Source: Pseudomonadota bacterium
GTDB taxonomy: Bacteria; Pseudomonadota; Gammaproteobacteria; Pseudomonadales; Moraxellaceae
Direction of reading: 5' to 3'
DNA length: 64,000 nucleotides
Assembly (NCBI GenBank): GCA_021804355.1
Contig: JAJZHP010000001.1
Span: 3,019 to 67,018, forward strand
Shown: piece by piece, positions 49,372-60,134 of the stretch
Numbering within the stretch: position 1 is the first letter of the stretch
Layout: every line of letters begins with the position of its first letter
Program-made: the position numbers and the translations under genes
Notes under the pieces: generated by a model
Databases searched by the model: none
Seen by the model: the letters and a program-made list of their open reading frames with translations, nothing else
Told to the model about the DNA's origin: nothing

Positions 49372-49686
49372 ATGATAATGCAAGGAATCCCGATGGAATA
49401 CGGGCTTGTGCTGGCATCCGTGCTCTTTGCTTTAGGATTATGCGGTTTGCTGGTAAGGCGTAATATTTTGTTCATGCTGATGTCTATAGAAATCATGATG
49501 AATTCCAGCGCTTTGGCATTTGTGGTAGCGGGTAGCCGCTGGGCTCGTCCCGATGGGCAAATCATGTTCATCCTGATTCTGACCCTGGCAGCCAGCGAAG
49601 CGGCTATCGGCCTGGCCATTGTTCTCCAACTCTACCGCCGGTTCAAGACACTCAGTGTCGATGCGGCAAGCGAGATGCACGGATGA
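49372..49686 (+). CDS. nuoK: NADH-quinone oxidoreductase subunit K
   Basis: About 100 aa with 3 TM segments. It has [15 protein letters not shown] and [14 protein letters not shown] motifs. Confidence 0.93.
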   Translation: MIMQGIPMEYGLVLASVLFALGLCGLLVRRNILFMLMSIEIMMNSSALAFVVAGSRWARPDGQIMFILILTLAASEAAIGLAIVLQLYRRFKTLSVDAASEMHG

Positions 49687-51533
49687 ATCTGCTCTATGTA
49701 ACCTTTCTGTCCCCGCTTATAGGCTTTTTGCTACTGGCATTTCTTAACAGGCGCTTAAGTGAGAATGCCGCCGCCGCCATTGGCGTAGGATCTATGGGCG
49801 TCAGCCTACTGACGGTGCTGGCAACGATGATGGACTATGTTCAGCATCCTGCGGGCTACAGCTATCTGCAAAAACTCTGGAGCTGGGTTAATCTTCCTGG
49901 CTTTCAGGTGGACTTTGCCCTTCAACTGGATGGTCTGTCCCTGACCATGCTGGGGGTGATCGTCGGGGTGGGCTTGCTCATCCACATCTTCGCTTCATGG
50001 TATATGCGTGGTGAAGACGGCTATTCCCGCTTTTTTGCGTACATGAATCTGTTTGTTGCCAGTATGGTGGTCTTGGTGCTGGGTAGCTCATTAGTCACCA
50101 TGTATGTAGGCTGGGAGGGCGTAGGACTTTGCTCTTACCTGCTGATCGGTTTTTACTACAAGACCTCAGCGAATGGCTCTGCTGCCCAGAAAGCCTTTAT
50201 CATCACCCGTATCGGTGATGTATTTATGGCCCTGGGACTTTTTACTCTGCACGAACAACTAGGTACTTTGGATATACAGCAGCTACTGGTCTTAGCACCG
50301 CAACATTTCATGGTCGGTGCTCCTGTCATCAACCTGATTGCCTTGCTATTGCTCGGTGGTGCGGTCGGGAAATCCGCACAGCTACCCTTACAAACATGGT
50401 TGGCAGATGCTATGGCAGGCCCGACGCCGGTTTCAGCGTTGATCCATGCAGCTACCATGGTGACGGCGGGTGTTTATCTGATAGCGCGTACACATACTCT
50501 GTTCCAGTTAGCCCCTGATGTGCTGGAACTTGTTGGTATCGTGGGTGCGGCAACCTTGCTGCTCTCCGGTTTTGCAGCGCTATCGCAAACCGATATCAAG
50601 CGTGTGCTTGCTTACTCCACGATGAGTCAGATCGGTTATATGTTCCTGGCCTTGGGGGTGGGTGCCTGGAGTGCAGCCATATTCCATCTTATGGCCCATG
50701 CCTTTTTCAAGGCGCTGCTTTTTCTGTCCTCGGGTGCCGTTATCATTTCTTGCCATCATGAACAAAACATATTCAAGATGGGCGGTTTATGGAAAAAAAT
50801 ACCTCTGGTCTATGCCTGTTTTCTGGTCGGTGGAGGTGCGCTGGCTGCCCTGCCCCTGATTACCGTGGGCTATTACTCCAAAGATGAAATTCTGTGGCAG
50901 GCCATGGCCAGTAACCATATTGGGCTTTTCTATGCAGGATTAGCCGGAGCTTTCCTGACTTCGCTATACACATTCAGAATGATCTTCATCGTCTTCCATG
51001 GCGAAGAAAAGGGCCATGCCCATGCGATTCATGGAGCCACTTACTGGGTACCGCTGTCGATACTGCTGGTTTTATCGACCGCCGTTGGCGCGCTGATACA
51101 CCCTCCTTTGAGCGGGGTACTGCCGGCTTCGGCAGGTGCAGCGGAAGGTCCCTTGCGCACCCAGGTAGAGATGACCTCTGCTGTGGTAGGCATCATTGGC
51201 CTCTTGCTGGCTGCCATGCTTTTCCTGGGTCGCCGAACTTTCATCAGTACAGTGGCCAACAGTACGCCGGGCCGGTTGATCAGTCAGGTTTGGTATAACG
51301 CGTGGGGATTTGATGCTTTATACCGCTGGGTGTTTATACGCCCATTCCTGGGCCTGACCTGGGTGTTGCGACGTGATCCTGCCGATCAGACCATTAATTT
51401 ACTACCCAAAACAGCATTAGTGTTTAATCGCTGGCTCAGCAGAACGCAAAACGGACAGCTGCGGCTTGATATCACGGTACTGGCCACCGGCGCAGTACTA
51501 CTTCTCATGATTGTTTTTGCATTCATGCAATAA
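49683..51533 (+). CDS. nuoL: NADH-quinone oxidoreductase subunit L
   Basis: 616-aa ND5-type antiporter-like subunit with [15 protein letters not shown] and [31 protein letters not shown]. Confidence 0.95.
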   Translation: MNLLYVTFLSPLIGFLLLAFLNRRLSENAAAAIGVGSMGVSLLTVLATMMDYVQHPAGYSYLQKLWSWVNLPGFQVDFALQLDGLSLTMLGVIVGVGLLIHIFASWYMRGEDGYSRFFAYMNLFVASMVVLVLGSSLVTMYVGWEGVGLCSYLLIGFYYKTSANGSAAQKAFIITRIGDVFMALGLFTLHEQLGTLDIQQLLVLAPQHFMVGAPVINLIALLLLGGAVGKSAQLPLQTWLADAMAGPTPVSALIHAATMVTAGVYLIARTHTLFQLAPDVLELVGIVGAATLLLSGFAALSQTDIKRVLAYSTMSQIGYMFLALGVGAWSAAIFHLMAHAFFKALLFLSSGAVIISCHHEQNIFKMGGLWKKIPLVYACFLVGGGALAALPLITVGYYSKDEILWQAMASNHIGLFYAGLAGAFLTSLYTFRMIFIVFHGEEKGHAHAIHGATYWVPLSILLVLSTAVGALIHPPLSGVLPASAGAAEGPLRTQVEMTSAVVGIIGLLLAAMLFLGRRTFISTVANSTPGRLISQVWYNAWGFDALYRWVFIRPFLGLTWVLRRDPADQTINLLPKTALVFNRWLSRTQNGQLRLDITVLATGAVLLLMIVFAFMQ

Positions 51534-51553
51534 GCCTGGGGGACAACCGCACC

Positions 51554-53089
51554 ATGATTCTGACCTGGCTCATACTGATACCTCTCATAGGTGGATTCTT
51601 ATGTTGGGTGGGTGAACGCTTTAGCCGCGTCTTGCCGCGATGGATAGCATTTTTCAGCATGCTGTTGTTGCTGATCCTGACCGTCATGATTTGGCTACAA
51701 GGAGACTATCACTTCATCACCAAACTGGCGGGGTTGCCGCAATGGACCGTCGAATACAGATTGCCATGGTTTCCTGATCTGGGAGCGAGCTTTCATCTAG
51801 GCTTGGATGGCTTATCCCTGTTGCTGATCGCCCTCACCGGCTTCTTAGGCACCTTGGCGGTGGCCTGCTCCTGGAGTGAGGTTCAAGAGCACGTGGGATT
51901 CTTCCACCTCAACCTGCTCTGGATCATCGCAGGGGTGGTCGGTGTATTTTTAGCTCTGGATATGCTGCTGTTCTTCTTTTTCTGGGAAATGATGCTGGTC
52001 CCCATGTTTTTTCTGATCGCTCTCTGGGGACATAATGTGCCGGGTGGACGCGGTCGCATTTATGCGGCAACCAAGTTTTTTATCTATACTCAGGCCAGCG
52101 GCTTGTTAATGCTGCTATCCATTATTACCATGGCCCTGATCTACGCACAGATACATCACCATCTTAGTTTTGATTATCATGATCTGCTGGGCTTGTCCAA
52201 CAACCTGAACCCCAAGCTCGAATGGGTCTTGATGCTGGGATTTGTCATTGCCTTTTCAGTCAAGCTCCCCGTTGTTCCTCTGCATGCCTGGCTGCCCGAT
52301 GCGCATTCTCAAGCACCTACTGCAGGTTCCGTAGACTTGGCAGGTATCTTGTTGAAGACAGCGGCCTATGGATTCTTGCGGTTTGCCCTGCCGTTGTTTC
52401 CGAATGCATCGCATCAATTTGCCCCCATCGCCATGTGGTTAGGTGTGCTGGGGATCTTTTATGGGGCGGTTCTCGCCTATCGACAAAGTGACATTAAACG
52501 TCTGATTGCCTACACCTCAGTTTCTCATATGGGATTTGTATTAATCGGCATTTACTCGTTCAATGCCTTGGCGACGCAAGGCGTGGTCATGCAAATGCTG
52601 GCGCATGGTATCTCAGCGGCTGCCTTGTTCATTCTGAGTGGCCAGATCTATGAGCGCATGCACACACGAAATCTCGATCTTATGGGGGGGTTGTGGACAA
52701 GAATACGCTCACTTCCCCCTATGGCGTTATTTTTTGCGGCAGCTTCTGTAGGCTTACCGGGATTGGGTAATTTTGTCGGCGAGTTCCTGATCCTGATGGG
52801 GACTTACACCGTTAACCACTTGGTAACAGTGGTTGCAAGCGGTGGCATGATCGTGGCGGCGATCTATACCCTGATGATGATGCAAAGGGCATTTTTTGGA
52901 CCGGTGCAAAGTGAAGAAGTTTTACCGGCGCTGAATCGGCGTGAATTTATGATGATGATGAGCCTGGTCGTGGTCATGGTATGGCTGGGCGTTTATCCAC
53001 AGCCCATCCTGAATACCTCGGCAGCTGCCCTGGATACGCTGCATCATCTCATGATGACGGTGCTTCCATCCACGACCGTATTAAGGTGA
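51554..53089 (+). CDS. nuoM: NADH-quinone oxidoreductase subunit M
   Basis: 511-aa ND4-type subunit with FFFFWEMMLVPMFFLI and LHAWLPDAHSQAPTAGSV. Confidence 0.95.
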   Translation: MILTWLILIPLIGGFLCWVGERFSRVLPRWIAFFSMLLLLILTVMIWLQGDYHFITKLAGLPQWTVEYRLPWFPDLGASFHLGLDGLSLLLIALTGFLGTLAVACSWSEVQEHVGFFHLNLLWIIAGVVGVFLALDMLLFFFFWEMMLVPMFFLIALWGHNVPGGRGRIYAATKFFIYTQASGLLMLLSIITMALIYAQIHHHLSFDYHDLLGLSNNLNPKLEWVLMLGFVIAFSVKLPVVPLHAWLPDAHSQAPTAGSVDLAGILLKTAAYGFLRFALPLFPNASHQFAPIAMWLGVLGIFYGAVLAYRQSDIKRLIAYTSVSHMGFVLIGIYSFNALATQGVVMQMLAHGISAAALFILSGQIYERMHTRNLDLMGGLWTRIRSLPPMALFFAAASVGLPGLGNFVGEFLILMGTYTVNHLVTVVASGGMIVAAIYTLMMMQRAFFGPVQSEEVLPALNRREFMMMMSLVVVMVWLGVYPQPILNTSAAALDTLHHLMMTVLPSTTVLR

Positions 53090-53098
53090 GATGACGCT

Positions 53099-54559
53099 AT
53101 GACCCTTACCCCCATGATGATGCAAGCCTTTCTGCCTTTTGTAGCGGTTGCCGCAACCATCGTGCTGCTCATGCTTTTTATAGCGGTACGTCGAGATCCT
53201 TGGTGGAACCCAACCTTCGCTGTCGTCGGACTCAATGCAGCTTTGGTGTGCCTATATCCCGCTTGGCACGTGATGCCGCAAGTCGTTACCCCGTTATTTT
53301 ATATCGATGGAACCTCGATATTTTTTATGGGATTAACGCTGGTAACCACACTGGCCTGCCTGACACTGACCCACGCGTACATCGAACATTATGTGCGTAA
53401 CCGTGAAGAGATCTATCTACTGATGATTCTGGCAGCTTTAGGGGCTATGGTCATGGTGGCCTCCATCAGCCTGGTTTCCATGTTTATCGGCCTTGAATTG
53501 ATGTCCATCGCCTTCTATGGCCTGGTGGGATACACCTACCAAAAGAAACGTAGCCTGGAAGCATCCATCAAATACATGGTGTTATCCGCAGCTGCGTCTT
53601 CCTTCATGCTGTTTGGCATGGCCTTGCTCTATGCTCAATTTGGTGAGCTTAGCTTTACGGGATTGCGGTTTCTGGCTCAGCCAGAAACCAGCCAAGCCTA
53701 TTGGGTGGTAGGTGGAACCTTACTGCTGCTGGTAGGTTTTGCGTTCAAGTTGTCCTTGGTCCCCTTCCATATGTGGACACCTGATGTCTATGAGGGCGCC
53801 CCAGCCCCTGTAGGCGCCTTCCTGGCGACCACCAGCAAGGTGGCTGTCATGGCCGTGTTGCTGCGCATGTTGATAGCCACGCCTGTGATGCATAATGCCC
53901 CGGTTGTGCTTGCCCTGAAAATCATGGCGGCAGCATCGATCTTGATCGGTAATTTGTTGGCTCTGAAGCAGAATAATCTCAAACGTATGTTGGGCTACTC
54001 TTCCATAGCCCATTTTGGCTACATGATGATAGGGGTGCTGATCTTTACCAAGCCTATGGCAGCATTCATGGTGGTAGGGGTTTACCTGGTAGGGTATAGC
54101 GTGACGGCGATAGGCGCCTTTGGTGTCATAGCACTGATGTCCAGCGCAGAGGCTGGCCGCGATGCTGATTCACTGCAGGATTACCGCGGATTGTTCTGGC
54201 GTCGTCCCCTGCTCACATCGGTATTCACAGTGACCTTGCTGTCATTAGCGGGTATCCCCTTCACGGCTGGTTTTATTGCCAAATTCTATGTGGCGGTCGC
54301 TGGGGTCATGAGTCAACAACTTTGGTTGCTGGGGGCTCTACTAATCGGCAGTGCCTTGGGCGTGTATTTCTACCTGCGAACGATGGTTACCCTCTATATG
54401 GTACAGCCTGGCATGCGCGGCTTTGACGCGGATATGCATTGGGGTGAACATGCAGGCGGTATCATGGTTCTGGGCGTGGTTCTTTTGGTATTGCTGGTCG
54501 GTATATTCCCGCAACCCTTGGTATGGCTGATGCAGTTGACATTCACCGGTCACGGCTAA
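53099..54559 (+). CDS. nuoN: NADH-quinone oxidoreductase subunit N
   Basis: 486-aa ND2-type subunit with FKLSLVPFHMWTPDVYEGAPAPV. It is the last gene of the operon. Confidence 0.95.
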   Translation: MTLTPMMMQAFLPFVAVAATIVLLMLFIAVRRDPWWNPTFAVVGLNAALVCLYPAWHVMPQVVTPLFYIDGTSIFFMGLTLVTTLACLTLTHAYIEHYVRNREEIYLLMILAALGAMVMVASISLVSMFIGLELMSIAFYGLVGYTYQKKRSLEASIKYMVLSAAASSFMLFGMALLYAQFGELSFTGLRFLAQPETSQAYWVVGGTLLLLVGFAFKLSLVPFHMWTPDVYEGAPAPVGAFLATTSKVAVMAVLLRMLIATPVMHNAPVVLALKIMAAASILIGNLLALKQNNLKRMLGYSSIAHFGYMMIGVLIFTKPMAAFMVVGVYLVGYSVTAIGAFGVIALMSSAEAGRDADSLQDYRGLFWRRPLLTSVFTVTLLSLAGIPFTAGFIAKFYVAVAGVMSQQLWLLGALLIGSALGVYFYLRTMVTLYMVQPGMRGFDADMHWGEHAGGIMVLGVVLLVLLVGIFPQPLVWLMQLTFTGHG

Positions 54560-55470
54560 GTTAACGATGTGCCGCTTAGGGTAACTTTCATGAGCTGTTC
54601 TCTGAGCCAGCGATGGGCTGGCTCATCTTCACGCCGACTATGCCAATAAATATAGATATCCATACCCGGCATGCTGACGGGAAGTGGTCGTATGCTATTA
54701 GGGGAGTCCTGAGTTAACAGCTTGGCATAACTTAGCGGCATGGTTAGCAAAAGTTCCGTTTGAGCGACGACCTGACAAGCTGCGTAATAGTGCTGGCAAC
54801 GCAAGGCTATACGACGGGAAAGTCCCAGCCTTTGCAGTTCCATGTCTTCAAGCCCCAACCCCTGACGTCGAGAAGAAACGAGAATGTGGTCACCCTGTAG
54901 ATAATCATCCAGCGTCAGAGCTCGTTGTGGGTCAAATGAGGGTCCGATAACGACTGCCAGAGCTTCTTGTGTCAACCGGCAGGAGCGTAGTCCATCCGTC
55001 ACAGGAAGATAAACATCCACCGCGATATCGAGTTGTCCTGAGCTGAGCATGGATGACAGATGGCGGCGTTCGACGCGCACGCTGGATAGCTGGATTCCGG
55101 GAGCAGCCGTACGCAGGACACGCATCAGACCAGGCAGTACATGTGCTTCCAGGACATCTCGCATGCCCAGCCGAAATTCCAACTCTGCATTGGCAGGCTG
55201 AAATTCAGCATCATGCAGCCACACCGATTCCAGAGTAGTCAGGGCTTGAGCTACCGGCATAGCCATATGCCTAGCCATCGCCGAGGGAATCATGTGCTGT
55301 CCTTGACGCGTGAAAAGCGGGTCACCTAGGCGCAAACGTAAACGGGCTAGGGCGTGGCTGACAGCAGGCTGAGTGAGATGAAGGACATCAGCTGCACGGG
55401 TCAATGAACCTTCCTGATAAATAGCATGAAAGACCAACAGCAAGGATAAATCACTCTTGTGCACATGCAT
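54556..55470 (-). CDS. LysR family transcriptional regulator
   Basis: From ATG 55470 the protein begins MHVHKSDLSLLLVFHAIYQEGSLTRAADVLHLTQPAVSHALARLR (HTH). A substrate-binding domain follows. It is divergent from the ACAD-SDR-kinase cluster. Confidence 0.88.
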   Translation of the reverse strand: MHVHKSDLSLLLVFHAIYQEGSLTRAADVLHLTQPAVSHALARLRLRLGDPLFTRQGQHMIPSAMARHMAMPVAQALTTLESVWLHDAEFQPANAELEFRLGMRDVLEAHVLPGLMRVLRTAAPGIQLSSVRVERRHLSSMLSSGQLDIAVDVYLPVTDGLRSCRLTQEALAVVIGPSFDPQRALTLDDYLQGDHILVSSRRQGLGLEDMELQRLGLSRRIALRCQHYYAACQVVAQTELLLTMPLSYAKLLTQDSPNSIRPLPVSMPGMDIYIYWHSRREDEPAHRWLREQLMKVTLSGTSLT

Positions 55471-55496
55471 ACAATTCATGACCTCATATATAAACA

Positions 55497-55511
55497 ATTC
55501 AATCGACTAAT
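55497..55511. promoter_or_regulatory. Candidate LysR-type T-N11-A box (ATTCAATCGACTAAT)
   Basis: An interrupted dyad ATT-N9-AAT fits T-N11-A. It lies in the 86-bp divergent region between the LysR gene and the ACAD gene. Confidence 0.3.
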
Positions 55512-55556
55512 AATAGCAGGGCTCGTAGGCTAGTTGGTAACGACCAGGCAGGAGCT

Positions 55557-56777
55557 ATGACCATGGAATTTGCTCATTCAGAAAAAGCCAGAAAAGTTAT
55601 CAAAGAAGCTGAAAGTTTTATACGAGAAGAGATTATGCCAGCTGAGGCCATCTACCTTGAGCAACTGCGTCAGGGTGGGGACATGTGGAAACAGCCAGCC
55701 ATTATGGAAACTTTGAAAGCAAAAGCACGGTCTGCTGGTTTGTGGAATCTGTTCTTGCCCGATGAGGACTATGGAGCTGGCTTATCAAATGTGGATTACG
55801 CCCCCATCGCTGAACTGACAGGACAGTGCCTGATTGCACCGGAAGTGTTTAACTGCAATGCGCCAGATACTGGCAATATGGAAGTGTTGGTCAAATATGG
55901 ATCTGAAGAACAAAAGCAAACCTGGCTTAAGCCCTTGCTGGCGGGTGAAATTCGTTCTGCATTCTGCATGACCGAGCCGGCCGTTGCCTCGTCGGATGCA
56001 ACCAATATGCAGGCAACAGCCACGATAGAAGGCGATGAGGTGGTATGTCAGGGAACGAAATGGTGGAGTTCAGGCGTGGGGCATCCGCATGCACGCTTTG
56101 TCATCTTTATGGGGTTGACGGACCCCCAGGCCCATAAATACCTAAGACACTCCATGGTTCTGGTGCCCATGAATACACCTGGGTTCAAGGTTGAGCGCAT
56201 GCTGCCCGTATTTGGCGCCTTCGATGAGCCTTTTGGGCATGGTGAGGTCAGCTTTAACCAGGTCAGATTGCCTGTAGACCATATCATCGCAGGCCCCGGG
56301 CGAGGATTTGAAATAGCTCAAGGCCGTCTGGGGCCAGGACGCATCCATCACTGCATGCGTGCTTTGGGTGCAGCTGAGCGTGCTTTACAGCTGATGATAG
56401 AACGAGGACGCAGTCGGGTCGCTTTTGGTAAGCCCCTGATCAATCTGGGGGGTAATCGCGACATCATTGCTAATGCGCGCATCAACATAGAGCAAGCCAG
56501 ATTATTAACCTTAAAAGCAGCCTGGTTAATGGATACCGTAGGTGCCAAAGCGGCGATGAGTGAAATTTCACAGATTAAGGTCGTAGCTCCCCAGGTTGCA
56601 CAAACCATTATTGATCAGGCCATACAGATGCACGGTGGCGCTGGCTTATCGCAAGATCTACCACTTTCCGCCCTGTATGCCTACGCACGTATTTTGCGGC
56701 TGGCCGATGGGCCTGATGAAGTACATCGTGCTTTGATTGCCAAACTTGAGATCAGACGCTATGAGGATAGAACATGA
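55557..56777 (+). CDS. Acyl-CoA dehydrogenase, FadE2 / ACAD10-ACAD11 C-terminal-domain type
   Basis: FCMTEPAVASSDATNM, GTKWWSSG, HSMVLVPMNTPGFKVERMLPVFG, GFEIAQGRLGPGRIHHCMR and RLADGPDEVH are strongly collinear with the ACAD10/11 dehydrogenase domain as I recall it. Confidence 0.88.
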   Translation: MTMEFAHSEKARKVIKEAESFIREEIMPAEAIYLEQLRQGGDMWKQPAIMETLKAKARSAGLWNLFLPDEDYGAGLSNVDYAPIAELTGQCLIAPEVFNCNAPDTGNMEVLVKYGSEEQKQTWLKPLLAGEIRSAFCMTEPAVASSDATNMQATATIEGDEVVCQGTKWWSSGVGHPHARFVIFMGLTDPQAHKYLRHSMVLVPMNTPGFKVERMLPVFGAFDEPFGHGEVSFNQVRLPVDHIIAGPGRGFEIAQGRLGPGRIHHCMRALGAAERALQLMIERGRSRVAFGKPLINLGGNRDIIANARINIEQARLLTLKAAWLMDTVGAKAAMSEISQIKVVAPQVAQTIIDQAIQMHGGAGLSQDLPLSALYAYARILRLADGPDEVHRALIAKLEIRRYEDRT

Positions 56778-57598
56778 AACAGGTCGTGGCCATCACGGGG
56801 GCAGCAGGTGGCTTGGGTCGATGTCTGGCGGAGACCTATGGTAAAGCGGGTTGGTCACTTATGCTAGGCGACATCGACGTCGCTCAGCTCAATGCCACCG
56901 TAGCATCACTACAAAAGCAAGGCTTTGCTGTCAGTGGACAGGCCTGTGATGTGCGCCAGGATGAGGAGGTTGAAGGGCTGGTGGAGGCTGCTTACCGCAT
57001 CTATGGCCAACTGGATTGCATGATCAATAATGCAGGCGTAGCGACAGCAGGAGCTATAGATGAGCTTACACTGAACGACTGGCGTTGGGTCGTGGATATC
57101 AACCTGATGGGGGTAGTGCGCGGATGTTATGCAGCAGCACAAAGATTTAAACAGCAAGGGCATGGCCAGATTATTAACATCGCCTCCCTGGCGGGACTGA
57201 TGACCTTGCCAGGAATGAGTGCCTATAATGCCAGCAAGGCCGCCGTGGTCAGTCTGACCGAAACGCTGTATGCAGAACTGGCGCCCTATGGCATTCATGT
57301 CAGCGTGGTCTGTCCCAGTTTTTTCAAGACAGGACTAGGCAATTCCTTGCGTAGTTCCGATCCTGGCATGAAGAACTTTCTTGAGCGACTGATGGCCTCT
57401 TCAGCATTAAGCGCAGAAGCCATCGCTGAACTTATTTTTCGGCAATCACAACAACACCGATTGCATATTCTACCGCACCGACAAGGACGACGCTGGTGGT
57501 GGATGAAGCGGCTGCTTCCAGGTGCATATTTCAAGATGATGCGCCAAGCTGCTGAAAAAGCAAGGCGACGAGATCAGCAAAGGAGGCATGAGGGATGA
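56774..57598 (+). CDS. Short-chain dehydrogenase/reductase (classical SDR)
   Basis: The SDR motifs TGAAGGLG, NNAG and YNASK are present. It is coupled to the upstream ACAD gene (4-nt overlap). Confidence 0.85.
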   Translation: MKQVVAITGAAGGLGRCLAETYGKAGWSLMLGDIDVAQLNATVASLQKQGFAVSGQACDVRQDEEVEGLVEAAYRIYGQLDCMINNAGVATAGAIDELTLNDWRWVVDINLMGVVRGCYAAAQRFKQQGHGQIINIASLAGLMTLPGMSAYNASKAAVVSLTETLYAELAPYGIHVSVVCPSFFKTGLGNSLRSSDPGMKNFLERLMASSALSAEAIAELIFRQSQQHRLHILPHRQGRRWWWMKRLLPGAYFKMMRQAAEKARRRDQQRRHEG

Positions 57599-58656
57599 AA
57601 GCTAGCGATGAAGCTGGAGATGTGCGCCAAGGCGAAGAGTTGCCTGGGCAGGTGGTGGATGCCTATCTGAAAACACTACAGCCCAATTTACAAGGTCAAC
57701 CTGTCATCAAGCAGTTTCCGGGTGGAGCTTCCAACCTGACCTATCAGGTAAGTTACCCTGAACGTGATTTTATTTTGCGCCGGCCACCTCTGGGACGAAA
57801 AGCTAAAGGCGCACATGACATGAAACGGGAATCAGAGCTTATGCGTGCTTTGCGCCCAGCCTATCCCTATGTCCCTGAAGTGCTGGGGTATACGCAATTA
57901 GATGGCGTTGGTGATTGTTATGTCATGGAACGTATGGTGGGGATCATTCCGCGTAAGGATATGCCCAAGGGTATCCAGTTGACTGCAGAGCAGACCAGAC
58001 AGTTATGTCTGAATGTTATCGATAGGCTGATTGACCTGCACCAAGTGGATATCAGCCAGGCAGGCCTATCCGGGTTGGGTAAAGGTGAAGGCTATATAGC
58101 ACGGCAAATTAACGGCTGGTCCGAGCGTTTCGAACAAGCACATACGGATGATGTAGGAGAATTTGGCAGCGTCATGCATTGGCTGAAAGATAAGATGCCG
58201 GTGAAAGACAACGCCATTTGCCTGATACACAACGACTACCGTTTTGATAATGTCGTCCTGGATAGCCATAACCCTTTCAAGGTGGTGGGTGTACTGGACT
58301 GGGAAATGGCAACGCTGGGCGACCCCCTGATGGACCTGGGGAATTCACTGGCTTATTGGGTGCAGGCTGATGACGAGCCCATGATGCAGATGATGCGTCG
58401 GCAACCCACCCATCTTCCAGGCATGCTGACGCGTGCCGAGGTTCGTGATTACTACGCTGCAAAAACAGGATGGCAGGCAGCAAATTTTGATTTCTATACC
58501 GTCTATGGACTGTTTCGTCTGGCGGTGATTGTGCAGCAGATTTATTACCGATTTGCTCATGGACAAACGACCAACCCTGCCTTTGCCAGTTTTGGACAGG
58601 TCGCTAACTATTTGGAACAACGTTGTATGCGCCTGATCGATGCATCGACCTTATGA
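57595..58656 (+). CDS. Phosphotransferase (APH/ChoK kinase fold), ACAD10/11 N-terminal-domain type
   Basis: FPGGASNLTYQV..., FILRRPP.G...AHD and YVMERMVG are present. The catalytic loop is LIHNDYRFDNVVLD and the metal-binding motif is VLDWEMATLGDPLMDL. It overlaps the SDR stop. Confidence 0.85.
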   Translation: MKASDEAGDVRQGEELPGQVVDAYLKTLQPNLQGQPVIKQFPGGASNLTYQVSYPERDFILRRPPLGRKAKGAHDMKRESELMRALRPAYPYVPEVLGYTQLDGVGDCYVMERMVGIIPRKDMPKGIQLTAEQTRQLCLNVIDRLIDLHQVDISQAGLSGLGKGEGYIARQINGWSERFEQAHTDDVGEFGSVMHWLKDKMPVKDNAICLIHNDYRFDNVVLDSHNPFKVVGVLDWEMATLGDPLMDLGNSLAYWVQADDEPMMQMMRRQPTHLPGMLTRAEVRDYYAAKTGWQAANFDFYTVYGLFRLAVIVQQIYYRFAHGQTTNPAFASFGQVANYLEQRCMRLIDASTL

Positions 58657-58663
58657 GACTACT

Positions 58664-59350
58664 ATGGGCAGTATAACCCTGATTCGACATGGACAGGCCT
58701 CGTTTGGGGCAGCCGACTATGACCAGCTTTCAGCTCGAGGTATCGCCCAGGCAGCAGCACTGGGTCGCTGGTGGAAGCAGACAACTGCACCCACCGAGTG
58801 GTGGTGTGGAAGCATGAAACGTCACCGGCAGACAGCTGAGGCTTGTGCTGAGGCCATGGGTCATACCGGGCAGGTGACCATTGATGCAGGGTTTAATGAG
58901 TTTGATCATCAGGAAGTATTGCTGCGGTATCGGCCAGAATTTGCCGACACGCAGGTGATGGCCAGCTGGCTGGCAGCCAGTAGTTCACCACGTCGAGCCT
59001 TTCAGGAACTATTTGCTGAAGCCTGCAGTCGCTGGATGTCAGGCCAGCATGAAGCAGACTATAAGGAGAGCTGGACGGCGTTTGTACAACGCGTCATCGC
59101 TGCCTTGCAGCGCGTGATGGCGAGTACAGAACGTCAGCACGCCGTATTTACTTCGGGAGGGACCATCGCGGCGATCATGCAGGAAGTTTTGCATATCTCC
59201 GATGCTCATATCATGTCCCTGAACTGGACGCTGCACAATGCGGGATTGAGTCAGGTGCTATACAGCCGAGGTAAAATGGGGCTTTCATGCCTGAATACAA
59301 CGTCACATCTTGAGATTTGTGCAGATCCCGAGTTACTCACTTACCGATGA
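58664..59350 (+). CDS. Histidine phosphatase (phosphoglycerate mutase-like) family protein
   Basis: From ATG 58664 the protein begins MGSITLIRHGQASFG with the RHG catalytic motif. A later H within FTSGGTI follows the expected pattern. Confidence 0.8.
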   Translation: MGSITLIRHGQASFGAADYDQLSARGIAQAAALGRWWKQTTAPTEWWCGSMKRHRQTAEACAEAMGHTGQVTIDAGFNEFDHQEVLLRYRPEFADTQVMASWLAASSSPRRAFQELFAEACSRWMSGQHEADYKESWTAFVQRVIAALQRVMASTERQHAVFTSGGTIAAIMQEVLHISDAHIMSLNWTLHNAGLSQVLYSRGKMGLSCLNTTSHLEICADPELLTYR

Positions 59351-59363
59351 TATGAGGACATCA

Positions 59364-60134
59364 ATGATGACAGCCAACAACATGGATCTGACCGGTCAAA
59401 TAGCTCTGGTGACTGGAGCAAGCCGAGGTATTGGGGCAGCCATTGCTGAATTATTGGCGCAACATGGGGCCCATGTACTCATCTCCAGCCGCAAAATTGC
59501 TGATTGCGAGCAGGTCGCTGCACAATTGCGCCATCAAGGCCTGAAAGCGGACGCCATGGCGTGTCATATCGGCGATATGGACCATATCGCTAACTTGTTT
59601 GCAGCCATCAAGGAGCAGTATGGCCGACTTGATATACTGGTCAATAATGCGGCAACCAACCCCTATTTTGGGCCCATTTTGGACACAGATTTGGGAGCCT
59701 TCCAGAAGACCGTTGATGTAAACATCCGCGGCTATTTTTTAATGTCACAACAGGCCGCTAAAATGATGGCTGATCAAGGCGGAGGAGCTATCGTCAATGT
59801 CGCTTCCGTCAATGGCGTAAATCCAGGACCACTGCAAGGGATCTACTCCATCAGTAAGGCCGCCGTCATCGCCATGACGCAAGCTTTTGCCAAGGAATGC
59901 GCAGGTATGGGTGTGCGTGTCAATGCGTTGCTGCCTGGATTTACCAATACCAAATTTGCCAGTGCTCTGGTTAATAATCCCGTTATCAGGGAAGAGGCCC
60001 TTAAACATATACCGATGCAAAGGATCGCTGAGCCCAATGAAATGGCTGGGGCCGTGTTGTATCTGGTGTCCCCGATGGCCAGCTATACCACCGGGGTAGC
60101 TTTGAATGTGGATGGAGGTTACTTACTGGGTTGA
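59364..60134 (+). CDS. Short-chain dehydrogenase/reductase (classical SDR, FabG-like)
   Basis: VTGASRGIGAAIA, NNAA and YSISKAAV are present. The start is ATG 59364 (GAGGA 6 nt upstream). The alternatives are 59352 and 59382. Confidence 0.85.
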   Translation: MMTANNMDLTGQIALVTGASRGIGAAIAELLAQHGAHVLISSRKIADCEQVAAQLRHQGLKADAMACHIGDMDHIANLFAAIKEQYGRLDILVNNAATNPYFGPILDTDLGAFQKTVDVNIRGYFLMSQQAAKMMADQGGGAIVNVASVNGVNPGPLQGIYSISKAAVIAMTQAFAKECAGMGVRVNALLPGFTNTKFASALVNNPVIREEALKHIPMQRIAEPNEMAGAVLYLVSPMASYTTGVALNVDGGYLLG

